This document shows positions 1 to 24,844 of a stretch of DNA of 64,000 bases, piece by piece. Source of the stretch: Balanoglossus misakiensis (lineage: Eukaryota; Animalia; Hemichordata). Under the pieces are notes generated by a model. It did no database searches, had not been told where the DNA came from, and was given only the letters and a program-made list of their open reading frames with translations. Location: positions 3,729,060 to 3,793,059 of the forward strand of contig CM082583.2 in assembly GCA_040954595.2 (NCBI GenBank), written 5' to 3'. The position numbers and the translations under genes were made by a program. Numbering within the stretch: the first letter of the stretch is position 1; every line of letters begins with the position of its first letter.

Positions 1-1033
1 CTGCTGGCCTTGCAATCACTGACAAAGGTGATTCCACATACCGCCCATTCCGTACGACCATAGTTTGCAGACTTGATCCTAATTACACCTTGGTCTGTGC
101 AAACCAACCAAAGTTGCATCCACTTGCAAGCCCGTTCGAAGCGCTGGGTTACGGATTTGTCTGTGTGGATGAATAGAACGAAGATTTCTTGTATTTAATG
201 ACTAAGTCAAGGTTCCTTACACCTAACCCAGGACACTTAAACTGATGTCTCTTACTTCACCGTAGTGTAAACTCATTCATATACCTTTTATATGCCTTCA
301 ATTATATGAAGTGGCTAAACAATTGCTAATATCCAAACAAAAACAGTGATAGGCGAATGGATGAATCCATGATTTGTAACTTACGTACATGTAGTTTGAT
401 GTGTTGGTTAATATATGTATGTGCAATGTGTGCATACATTTGGTGGGCCACCTCGCAGGTGGGTCGAAAAGCAACCAGGAAGGGATTATATTCATTTCGA
501 TGAAAGAAACTACCCATTATAGCTGTGAAAAACTTGATCTGGGGATGTACGTGTACTCAAGTAAGTTAACGACCAATTTGCAGCAGAAACATTTAGTCAT
601 AACACAAATGAGAGCAAGACAAAATGCAAAATGGAACATAACGATAAAGAATTTCATAATTCACCAAGACGCTGTGTCAGGTCAGGTAACAAAGGCGGAT
701 CGTTCCGATCCGTATATGATGTAAATAGAATAATAGTAAATGTTTACCTCCGTCTTCGCACACCGTTCTTTCTGTAATGCAAAATTGAAGTGTTCATGTA
801 AAACAGTTTCCTTTACCGGATATTATTTCTCAGGACGTGTGACACGTACTGATCTTACTGACATGACCTGAAATCTGCCAAGGGGTTTCTAGCCGTTTGT
901 GTCTGCAAATGTCTCAATATGCCCCGCCCCACCCATAAAATCATGGTTTGAATGACCACTTACCTAAATTAGAAGACAACGCAAATCCAACGACAACTTG
1001 AAGAATGAATAATATTATGATAGTAGTTTTCAT
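1..1033 (-). CDS. Secreted SUEL/Gal_Lectin (rhamnose/galactose-binding) lectin, 5' part; continues beyond the left edge
   Basis: Minus-strand exons 1033-964 (MKTTIIILFILQVVVGFALSSNL, signal-peptide-like), 771-748 (24-nt exon, ERTVCEDG) and 160-<1 (DKSVTQRFERACKWMQLWLVCTDQGVIRIKSANYGRTEWAVCGITFVSDCKAS). All joins are GT-AG and phase-1 compatible. ANYGR motif and Cys spacing are typical of SUEL lectins. Confidence 0.85.
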
Positions 1034-2046
1034 GGCTGCAAGTGACAAAATGACAATTGTATAAAAAGACCACGATTTGTCTGTTTGTTGTTACGGTAGT
1101 TTATCTTGGATGAACTATCAAACATTTTACGCATCTTTATGATGGATTTTAAAAAAATACTGTAATTATCGACTTTTCATGCTACACGCAAGGAAAGAGC
1201 ACCATCCAAAATATCAGAGGTTGTTAAAACATTCATTATACCTAGTAACACTTATGGTAATACTATGGTAAAGTAAAGAGGTATGTTTCTCTGAAAAAAA
1301 AACTTGCCTGCAGATTGTCCGGATGTGATTTTCAGCACAGTCACAGCACAGCGTCAGATAAGCTGTGCAGCTGATGGAGATATCTATTTAACGAGTCGGT
1401 TTCACAATTGTCGCCCATGCTGACTTTGTTACAACATGAAATCTACCCCATCACAATCATCATAATCGTTCTACTACATCATCATCATCGTCATCATCAT
1501 CCATATATATTTTTTTCGAGGTAATTTCAAGCAACGTGCTGTGATTGATTACGTCATAGGGTGTAAATTGGTTTCTAGTCATTTAACGTCCTTAATGGGA
1601 GCGTCGTGTTTATAAACCATCCTAAATAACATAAGTTTACCTAAAAGGACAAAGCAACTATTGGGGTTTGATATTTTAGGTATACTTAATTCAGGATTAT
1701 TATTTTCTCTTAATACCCCAATTACCCTCATCCACGCTTGCGTTATTTCGCATTCATATTTAATGACATTTGGGAGTCTAATTTTACCATGCTCTGTGCA
1801 GACATGTCTGAGCTATTTTACATTCACTTGGCTAATGTAATCATAAACGGGGGTGGGGGGGGGTCCATCTATTTTATTTATTCAGGTAATTTTAACGTTG
1901 TAACGCCAACACTAATATGTTAAACAGAACTCACGGGGACGCTGACATCATTGCTAATACTATCAGCTCGGGAGCACACAAGTCATATAGATAAAACACT
2001 GATTGCAAATATAAAGTAGCAACACCCTGAGTTCCATACAAATAGC

Positions 2047-2047
<1 letters not shown>

Positions 2048-2082
<35 letters not shown>
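2048..2082. repeat. (GA)n microsatellite
   Basis: Uninterrupted AG dinucleotide run. Confidence 0.95.
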
Positions 2083-2086
<4 letters not shown>

Positions 2087-2940
2087 CTTACAAAAAGAGA
2101 TGGAGAGCGTATGTCGGAGCAAACACTCTGAAATCACAATAACTCCCTAACGAGTCAGTTTGGCGTGAAAAATATAGTTCACTCTGCTTGGATAAGAGTT
2201 TCCGTCTTGTGATCATTCTGAAGAGTATTAAAATCCCTCGCTATATAGTCTACCCCCCGGTATAGGACGGATGGATGGATCCGTTCACATCAAATACTTT
2301 AAAACAGCTGCGCGTAAGATCGTGAAGGGCCTGTCACTTCGATATTTGGTGTGGAGATGTAGGATGGTCTGTAGATGGGATTTTGTTGAAACGAAATTGC
2401 CACTGCCATACCAAAATATGCAGGTCAGCTGGGAAAATGCGAAGTTGGTCAAAACTCAGAAACTCAACAACTACTGGGCAAATTGTTTTGAAAATTGTTA
2501 TAAATGTCGTCCTCGTTCAGCCCAAAGTTCCATTTCTTATGGAAGATGATGCGCCTCTGTGTTCCATACCCCCTACGAAGAGAAAATCGAGTTTACGCGT
2601 CTATGCTATCAGCGCGCGTCCGCGCTGTGCAGGCGCTTGACAGTTTGTTTTGAAAGTGTCGATAACCTCACATGATTTTACTTTGTTCATGAAAACTGAC
2701 CCATTGAGTTAGTGAAGTCTGGAAGGTTGCGAATATTCGGATGATATTTTATCACAGGCCGAAGTTGATGAATCCATCCATTTTCATGTTCCCAGTCCTG
2801 AATGTGAAGAAACCAATCTACGACATACGCTCAATGTGCGCGTGCACTCCGTACGATGGAACTCGCATATCTGCATATCAACTGTCCCAGAATGGAAACG
2901 ATTTACAAGAGTTGAACACGTAAATATTTGTTTGAAAATA

Positions 2941-5900
2941 ATGGCCAACCTCTCGGTTCGGGCTTTGAATGGCAGAGCGAGCGAAAAGATCAAACCTACG
3001 AAAGATCCTGGTGACGAGCTTTGCCCAAGAGCAGAAATTTTCCGTTCCAAGTTGATAGCAGACTTTCACTTGCTAGACAGTTTAGATGAAACTGGAAATG
3101 TCGATGCTCCTAAACACTACTCTAAGGATATCGTTGGTGAGTTCTTCGGTGTTTTCGGGGAAATTTGACATTAACAACAAATGCAACTGGGAACTTGTAC
3201 CTGAATGTACTTTCGACAGCTTTGCTGATAAACCTGTCACGATAACCTTGCTGAACACTCGAGCGATCATCTTCGTACCAGCAAACAGCTGTGGATTTTA
3301 GCAGTCCATTGTCCTTTCGAATCATTTTCTCTTTCAACAGAAAATAGAAAATGGATATCGAACTGAGGGTGAAATGAAGTTGCAAACTTAAGCTTGATAC
3401 ATTATTCTGCCAAATTTGGTGGTTATGGACCACTTTGTCCTTGCAAAGAATGCCTTAGGCTATTTGGTTATTTATTTGCTTGTTTTAATGAAGTTAACGT
3501 TAAATCCAAAGAAGCTAAATTTGAGCGAAATGTCAAAAAACGTCTACCCCCTCACTCTCCACCATATTGTACCTTCCGTCCTTCTACAGACAGTACCAAG
3601 CGAAACAGAATAATGAGAGAAGGTGCCAACGCCCTGGTCAAGTTTCAGGTTTATTCCAGTAAAGACAAATCTGAGATCAAGATGAACGACAGAAGGAAAA
3701 ACAGAGTGAAGAATAAAAACCGGAAAACTCCACCTTTGGATATGTGGGCGCACTATGTGTTGGAAAGTATCCTCAGTCAAAAGTGTCATCGGCACAAAAA
3801 GTCATTAGTTTTGATAAATAAAGAAAATGCGCATGCTCTACATTTTACTTTAAAACATAAAGCTGTTTTACTATGGCAACATTAAACATTCTAGTAATGT
3901 TCTCTTGTAGTAGCATCCCGGCCTGCATCCCGGCCTATAATCAAATGAATGCGATGTGTAAAATGAAGATATTTTGACAATACCCATTTTGGAAGTGAAA
4001 CCTTCGCTCGTACTTACCGACTCCGATACTTTTAAATTTTATGTCTGTTATTTATGTTCCAAAAGAAACTTGCTTTATTGCGGTTTATTTTATGTTTGTT
4101 TCAACTTTAGCCAGCCATGGGAGGGCGTGGTCACTATCCAAAAGTGTAAAGGCCAAAGGGTATACACCTCAAACGCTATTCCACGTATTATACATTGCTA
4201 ATTTGCATGTCATATATAAATCATGTTGGAATCATACGCAGTAAAGGGAAACATGTTTTTTTATTTAAAGTATACACACTTCAGTTGATTACCTGTTATG
4301 AACATGGTGATTATCTGGGGGGGGGGGGACCGTGTCACGACTATTGCAAGAGTTTAACAGTGGAATGTTATACATTTCCTTAATTATTCAGCTTCTTTTT
4401 TCCAGAATTTTATGTTGGCATTGATATTAGCCAATTCCATTGCCTTAGGAGTGCAGTCAGGTAATAATTGCACTATTTTACTTTCTGCGAGTAATCTTTT
4501 GGTGTTCTTATTACCACGAAATGTTGTCATATAAAATATTTCGAAGTAACACTACATATGGGAGATTACGTCCTGTGCACAAAATTGCCCAGTGAATTAA
4601 ACACTCTCACATTTGTAAATTAAGCCACAGTTTCCAAGGCAACTGGAGATCTAGCCAATCGACTGATTATTACGGGGTGACCATGCGAAGAAAAAACGCA
4701 ACGGTTACCAAATGTTCTTTAGACGACTCAGTGTAATTCATTGGACAGTATTTTGAATCAAGTTCACAATCTCACTTTCGAGAGCCACGTTTTGAAGTTT
4801 AGTTGGCTTCTTGCAAGGTACAATAAGTTTTTGTGTTTTACATGAAGAGATATCCGATCGGAATGATGCAAGTCTGGATCGTCTTCGGACAGTGTTGGAC
4901 ATATTCGACTACCTCTCTCTGATGTTGTTTATGATTGAAATCATTCTCAAGTGGATGGATGATTTCTCGCGCTTCTGGAAAAGTGGCTGGAATATTTTCG
5001 ACTTTATTGTCACAGTGGGGGTAAGTGTCAGGTGGCGATGATTTGCAAACATGTATTCATTTCTATCAGATTGTGTTTCAGTGATTCTATCAAAGTTCTG
5101 ACTTCTGCTCAGATGTATTATCCATAAAAAGACTATTTGTCTCCACGTGATCTAGTCATGCATTATGTAGATAACTTTTCATGATGTATTTCAGTCGTGT
5201 ATCCCGGAAATCATAGCAGTTACAGCCGGTGGCTTTGAGGATCTCAGTGTCGTTGTCAGCAATCTTCGTGTGTTCCGCGTCCTTCGCTCTCTGAAGATGG
5301 TGTCCCGATTCCGCCAGGCAAGGCTTATTGCTCTGGCAATCACGAAGGCCTTTGAGGTGAGAGTCTTCCATACATACACAACAAATTAAATTTACAACAA
5401 TGATTTTGAAATCACATCTCCAAATAGTTTGTAGTGTTTGAACGCTTAATCATCATACATGTAGTTATGCTGTCAATTTATGTTGATTTTGGAAAGAATT
5501 GGTCCACTTTAGGTATTTGCACTTCCTGACGAATCATCATATTTCGTCTTGCATTTTGACACTTATTGTACATGACTTGTCACGTAGATATTGTTTAATT
5601 TTTCAGGCTATGACATTCATCATGTTGCTGTTGGTTTTATTCGCGTATATCTTTGCCATCGCTGGAGTCTATTTCTTCGAAAAGTATACACGATCCGATC
5701 GAGAAGACCTCCAATACACAGAGAGTTTTAGGTAAGCTTTAGTTAGTACCACATTCTGATTCGTAGAGAATTACAAAACTCTGATAAGACTACTTTAATT
5801 GTAATTGTATCACAGTCCCACCATCATTTAGAGGGACAGGGATCACACTATAAATCATACGCCAGATATAGGAAGTCGTTTCCTAACCCGAAAAAAGTTT

Positions 5901-8616
5901 AGCGGATACACAAGAAACGTGACTATATGGTTTACCAACGATCAGCATTAGGCTTAGGCATTTTGTCCTGTGGCATTAAGAGGTTCATTAAAACAAATTT
6001 CCAATAAGTTGAATATAAAGATATTTTTAACAAAAATGTGATGAGAAAGGGCGCTAGATTATTTTCCGCGATACTTGGTTAGTTACCATGATGTAATAAA
6101 CTGAAATAATACGACGTCACACATGCTTCCAAGCCAACACAATGCTAACTGGTATGGACAGTCACCGGTTATTTTGACTTTATTTGATATTTCCCAACAG
6201 TTCTTTGCCAAGGGCTTTTGTAACCCTTATTCAACTCTTCACATTGGATCAGTGGTTCAAGTTATTGAATGACATGCGCAAAGTTGTTGACGTCAAGGCA
6301 ACCATCTACGTCATCACGTGGATTTGTATTGGATCGTTCATTTTCAGAAACATTTTTGCGGGAATTATGGGTAAGCACAATTTAATGCTTTTAATTTGTC
6401 AGTTTCCGTGTTAAGTATAAGCAGTTTCAATTAAAAAGACTGATTATTTTTCCTCTTATTCAAATGGTTATTCAGTCATTCCAATTAGGCCTATTAGCAT
6501 ACAGAGCGAATTGCTATCTGTGTCCACTTCAAACCAGTGATGTGCGTTTCTGGAAATGATCATTTCAAGAAACGCAACCCCTTTTAACCGATACAGAATG
6601 GACAGCTAAAATATGAATGTGTTGCTCCAGAAATAGCATGAAACTATAAAGAAGTCATATTGCTTAGGTCTATATCCCGTTCTGGACAGTAACGGCTATG
6701 GGGGGTTTATATTCACACGATATACACTTCACGAAATAAAGATTCTGGTTCTTTGTTTGTCAAATCACGTGCGTGTGTCCCGAGAAATAAATGAAAAATA
6801 CCAAGCGCAACTCTTTCACGAACAACGTTTTCCTTCACAAGTATTAATTAGAATAACATTTGTATCATCAGTTAATAACTTTCAGAACATTCGCAACGAT
6901 TTATTTGAAGAAGTGCGAGAACAAGAAGAAGCACGGAAATTAATCCACAATACGGAAAAATTCAACGAAGAACTTCAGAAACAGGATGAAAAGTTAAACA
7001 GGGCTAGGTTAGATTTTATTCGAATTCTTAGAATCAAAGTGCTGAGGAGGAGTTTTCTATCATCGACACCGACACTGTCTTGGGAATGTAGGAACGACGA
7101 CGTCTTTTACTTACGCGCTACGGTTTTTTATGCTGTCGGCTACAGCATAAAAAAACACGTCGCCGTTCCCTACATCTGATTTTAATCAGATTGCCATTTA
7201 GTATACACGACTTCAGCTACTATTCAGTGCTGCAAATGACCGCAAAGTATTGATTGTATTCAAGAACATGTAACAAACCCATTCTGTTCATAAGTGATAA
7301 AATAATTTTATCAAACAACTTCTTGATATCTTAAACCGACATTCATTCGGGAAAGCATTCTGTATGTATATATTTTCAGGAAACACAGTTCATTGATATT
7401 ATCTGAACCAGATGACAAAACTAAAACCAACCAAGATGGAAGTAAAACACAGCCTGCTGAAAAAGACAGTTTCGCTGAAATAATAAAGTAAGACATATTT
7501 GGCATATATCACAGCAAAGACAGGATGAGAAATGAGCTCAAAATATTGTCACTCAATGAAACCGAGATTAAAACTGACCAGAAATGTACAATAATTCTGC
7601 TTCACGTAATTTTGAAACAATGTGCATTTGCATGGGTTTTATGTGTCTGGCTTTAATTTTTTATGAACAAGATGAAACATAAACGATGCAAGTTTTAATA
7701 ATGTTTTCTTTCTTTGGCAGGAAAGCATCGAAAACTAGTGATATACAAGAGCTCTCTCATGCAGTAAGCCAACATCTTGTCGAAGCTCAGGACAGTTCCA
7801 TCAGTAAGTGGATAACGGTTTGCCATCCTGTGAGGGCGCATTTTCCTACGATCAGCAATTGCAGCAACTGATCGGCATGGGTTTTACTAGATGATGATAC
7901 AAAAGCAACTGTGTGTTGAGGAACTGTGACGAAGAGATTATATCAAACAGCGAAGAAAAAAAGGAATGTTCAAAAAAGAATGAACCGTAATTATGATTGT
8001 TGAACAGAGTTTCAATTCATAGAGTAAAGACAATCCAATCACCTGTGTATAGAATTATTCCTATCACAAAATTGGGGGGGGGGGGATTTGCAATATAGTG
8101 TGACTTTAATATTGCAAGTACATGTATCATATAGGATTACACAAGAGCTCTCCATTTGAAGTCAACTTCTACAGTGATTGGGCAAAAAATGTTGCAGTGG
8201 AAATAAAAATCGAGGCAGTAAATGTAGTAAGACAGTACACATATTTATAGTCTTAGTTTCCCCCCTCTTCACTCTTATACTCAAAGGGTCAGTTATTGAT
8301 TATACGGTCTCCCTGTCCATTTTTATGCAAAGATTGGGAGAAGACAGTTCATAGCAATCTGGAAGTGTTAGCAAGCAATCCGACAGAGACTCTTTGGCCG
8401 AGGGATACCTTGTTCCGTTACTTCCAGCTGATGGAAAATCTCCAGGAAAACCTTCAGGAAAGGCAAGATCTCCTGGATCTTTCTTGTGAGTACACGTCTG
8501 AGGGCTACTAAACTGTGTCATTATTATGAAATAGATAATGACTCAGTCTAACGTGGATATTTTGTCTCTTCTCTCCCCTTACAGATCATACCATTCTTGA
8601 AATTTTTGACACCTAG
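2941..8616 (+). CDS. CATSPER2: Cation channel sperm-associated protein 2 (CatSper2 alpha subunit)
   Basis: Exons 2941-3136, 3590-3766, 4392-4460, 4848-5020, 5195-5356, 5607-5731, 6201-6370, 6872-7007, 7380-7487, 7721-7803, 8333-8485, 8585-8616 join in frame. N-terminal PRAEIFRSKLI, S3 FWKSGWNIFDF, S4 LRVFRVLRSLKM, pore FTLDQW, NFQNIR, and C-terminal WPRDTLFRYFQLMENLQENL all match CatSper2 motifs. Confidence 0.95.
3767..4391 (+). other. Probable U12-type (minor spliceosome) GT-AG intron in CATSPER2
   Basis: 5' site GTATCCTC; branch-site-like TTTCCTTAAT at 4375-4384 just before CAG (4389-4391); the join restores VLETSFFQNFMLAL. Confidence 0.75.
7085..7193. mobile_element. Truncated MITE, same family as the 38974-39054 hairpin element
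   Basis: Ends in cacgtcgccgttccctacatctgattttaatcagattg, the reverse complement of the left arm of the 38974 element. Confidence 0.7.
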
Positions 8617-9705
8617 GAAGTCTCAGGGGATATTGAGTTTAATACCACTACGGGGAACTCAATCTCCAAAATGATGATGATACCGATTATTTAAAAAAAG
8701 GAAAAGAAAAATATATCTATAAATTTCTTCTTGCTTTTTTTGTTGATAATGATAACGATTTGACATTTAAAATTACAAATATAAATCTGTTTGGACTACG
8801 TAAACAACTAAACACATGCATTTTTGAAGATGACTCCGGAAGACTTTTTCATACCAAAGATTCTTGAAAAAGTCCATTACAGATTCTTTCATGATTTGAA
8901 CAAAGTTCACTCAGATCACCTTTAGGAATCTGCACACTAAATTTCAAAGCATTCGGACAAGCAGTTTCAGAGAAGAAGACTACATGTAGTGTTGACAGAA
9001 GACCCTATCTGATAAGCTACGCAGGGCTGACAGGGGAGCCAAAATTTGCTAACTGTTTTGAAATTCAAGAAGAATACTGGGAATTCTGGCATGTCATACG
9101 AAAGAAACTGTAATCAATATACTGAGAAAACTGAACAAACAGACAAAACATATAGCTATCAAAAAGTTTTATTTTATATATAAAAACATTCAAGAACTTC
9201 AGTCAAATTATTTTGGATTAAGTAGATTTACACTGCACACAAAGAGTCTAAGTGAAGAAAATCAAATTATACAATATATGTACTAGTATATACAAACTCA
9301 AGAAAAAAGTTTTAAAAAAATATCTGATCTTTGACTGATCTATCCTGGGTTGAATTTCGACAGCAATGATGAATTTGCCTGATGACATAATGGTTACAAC
9401 AGTAAATAAGATATTTACCAGTAGATACTGGAGCAAGGAATATCCCTGGTAAACAGGGACACAGAAGCAAATGTCTGGAAACAACAAAAGCAGTGCGTCT
9501 AGGCTACTGTGTATGGAAAATGGATAGGGATATTGTTGTTACAATAATGGAGAAATAACAATGGGTCAGTAAAATTCTTTTGTTTTGGGATGTGGCCGAG
9601 GATTTGCTGTTCCTTGGTTTACATGGTTGCGCACACACAAAGTTAAAGCGTAGAGCCTGGTGCTCAGTCCCATAGACAATGTGTTGCGGAGAAATGTTAT
9701 TAATC

Positions 9706-9850
9706 ATTTACACCGACTCAGGTCTGGACGGCAAGGCTGTTTCAAATCTGAAACCTTTCAGGACCACTACAACTGTTCACACACAAAAAATTATGCCAGT
9801 ATTTGAGCTGAGACGTTTCAGAAACGTTTCAATCGTCCCTGTGTGAACGC
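9706..9850 (+). repeat. Interspersed repeat family C (MITE-like), copy 1
   Basis: Aligns by eye with 55632-55792 (ctcaggtctgg...ttatgccagtatt(t)tgagctgagac...gtccctgtgt). Confidence 0.75.
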
Positions 9851-12390
9851 CATATACTAGTATCAGGTTTGAAAAAACGGACACATTAGCATGTACATGT
9901 ACACCTCTTTCAAAATACATAATCATCTGTTGCATTACTTGCATACAAGTAGACAGTGCACTATTAGTACGAAAATACCAGTATTTTCATCTAATTTCTG
10001 ATAGTTTGTGCTTTATATTTTCTCTAAAATAGTAAATGCTTTATTATTGCCACAAAAATGGCAAAAAAATCCACTCTGTTCAAAGTGCAAAAAATATAAC
10101 ATAGAAACCATGCTATGGTTTCATTTCATCATTCATTGGAGGTATATCAAACCCTTTCACACAGTAAAATCAAAACTTACACAGATTGTAATTTATAACC
10201 AGACGGGGAAAAAGAAAACAAAAAAAAATCTTAAAATTAGACACTATGTAAACTATTGGCTGTTACCTGTAACAGTTCAAGAAGCAGAATTGGACAACTC
10301 ATAATTTATCCCAGTAATCAGATGATCAACTTAATTCTAATAAAAAGAAGTAAAATCTCCTGAGGCAGTTGTTCAGGATGGGTTTGTTCAGGCGCATATG
10401 CTTCTACACAAATGCCAAAAGACATTGGTGAAAACTGTGTTTTCTGAGCTTAAAAGCCATGTTTTACAGGATGTGTAGTTGCTGAATGAATAAGATGTTT
10501 CCAAGTTTCTCCTGCGAGTTCATTGTGACTAACGACTTTTGACAGATGTGTAGCTGCATATGTAGTGTGCCCACTGGCAACAGAACACTGAATGTTTGTC
10601 TCAAGAGGTCAGGTTCTTGTACTTACATGACTTGTACAATCTCTTCTTGGATCATAAAATACAAAAATCATGTTCATTGTCTCATGTAGAAACTACTGGA
10701 CTGACAACTGACTTCAAGGTATGATATCTCTCAGCTCAAAAAGTTTGAATGTTAAGACAGCAGGTTATACTCAACAAATTCTACATTGCTGTGAATATTA
10801 TTACATCATTGCACACTGGGAACTGCCAATATAACATGCAGGAAACCAACAATGAAATGAAATATTACTTTTTGGATCTAGCTGGAACAGATTCACTACA
10901 ATGTGAGTAATATGTAGTTTCACGGGAACAGAGTTGCTGCTTGTACATTTAAAAGAGTTTCAAATTTGAGGATGTGAAATGGTATGAAATCTGTGATTTG
11001 TATCACTGTGTGAGTTGTGTGTTAAAGGATTAAATATTCATCAGTTCACTTCATAAAATCTGCATAAAACAAAGCTACAGTGGTTACACTTGCAACAAAA
11101 TCTGGCAGTACAAACTCTAAGTGGACGGACGCTGTAAACAGTGTAAGAAAAACAATCTCACAACATCCTGACAAGCAACTGGGATTATTTCAACACAAGT
11201 CTCAACTTTGTGTATCGCATTGATTAGCTGTGATTGTTGAAAGCTGTACCATCACGAAGTATTCTTCCTTTTGTGATTATTTTCTTAAATTTTATGGAAA
11301 TGTCAGAGGGGGCTATAGTGACTGTGCCAACAGGTGAAATCTGGACCAGAATATTGACGAAATGCATGTTTGTAAACAAATACAGAAATACATGTATTTC
11401 TATGTAAGTGTTTGTTTATTCACATATTTTTGTTTTTCAACTTTTGACCACTGTACGTCACACAGAATTGTTCGATGTTCTGGTGTCAACAGAACACAGC
11501 AGTACTCAGTCTGTATCATTTTGATTTAGACAACCAAAGTGTAGCAATAGGCTTTCCCTGGAATAAAATATGGCGCACAGACTACTGCAGGGTTCCGTTA
11601 TCAAGATGCGTCGTTTATTAATCAGACTCTCATACTTCGGGATAGATTTGTTTTGCCATCAATCTCATTGATTCTGGTTCTCAGCTTGGAGAGCTGGCTC
11701 AGCTCTATTTGCTGTTGCAAGAGTAACAGTATATTTTGGTGTCAATCTTTTGACTTGTGAGGTACTTATAAACATATGCAAAATAATTTCAATATTCAAT
11801 CATTTAAAAATAATTATGTTTGAGTACAGCTTTCAATAACGCAGGCATCAAAACAACATTAACTTAAAGATATTCACCTAAATTTTAAAGGGGTTTGATT
11901 ACTTTTGAGTCCTAAATTTTTTGTTTTGAAGGCATAAATCAGTATTACCTGTAACAGGTATGTACTATTTGGTGTCTGGCCATGCATGTATGGCATCATG
12001 CCACCACATAATAAACATCAAACCAAGATTATAGTCTATGAAATTTGGCAATATAAAAGGCAGTGCACACTACGCCAAACTAAACCCACCAATGGAAGTA
12101 TGGTGACAAGACTTCACTGCCATTTTCCTGTACATATTCCCTAACACACTGCTTTATCTGTAATGGGCATAAAGATCCAAAATGCCAAAAACACAACTTG
12201 GTAATGGTTACAAGTTACTGAAACTGCACCTTATTTTAAAGTTCAAATGGACGGACTAGGTGAAGGTGACAGTGAACTTGACTCGTACCTCCAAGTGCAG
12301 AACCTTGACAAGCAGCTCAAAGCAGCAACCTGGACTTGACAGTGACCTCGGCCCACAGATGAAGATGACAGTGAAGTGAACTTGTGGCTT

Positions 12391-24499
<12,109 letters not shown>

Positions 24500-24844
24500 G
24501 GTTGATTATAGAACTATACTACGTACCGATCTACATTTTGCAACATCTCCGTCAATGTACATATTCAAAATGGCGGCTTCCAATTACCCAGAAGTCGTTG
24601 AAACGTCGCTGAGCTGAGGTAGAATATTTGAAAGCCAAACAAGTTGTTCGCAATATAATTTTGGACTCACATATATATCTGAATCAGAATAGGCAGTAGC
24701 ATTCAATGTTTATCTATCCATTGTTTGTCCAAATTGAGAGTATTTTAAATCCAAAAATGTATTTAAACAATTTATGAATATATAATTAGGACCAAAACGA
24801 GGCTATCCAAAGCGAGGTTGTCTTTGCTCAGCTCACGGTCCACA
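24500..24844. promoter_or_regulatory. Bidirectional promoter shared by KATNAL2 (-) and PIAS (+)
   Basis: Start codons only 345 bp apart and divergent; YY1-type motif CAAAATGGCGGC at 24566-24577. Confidence 0.8.
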
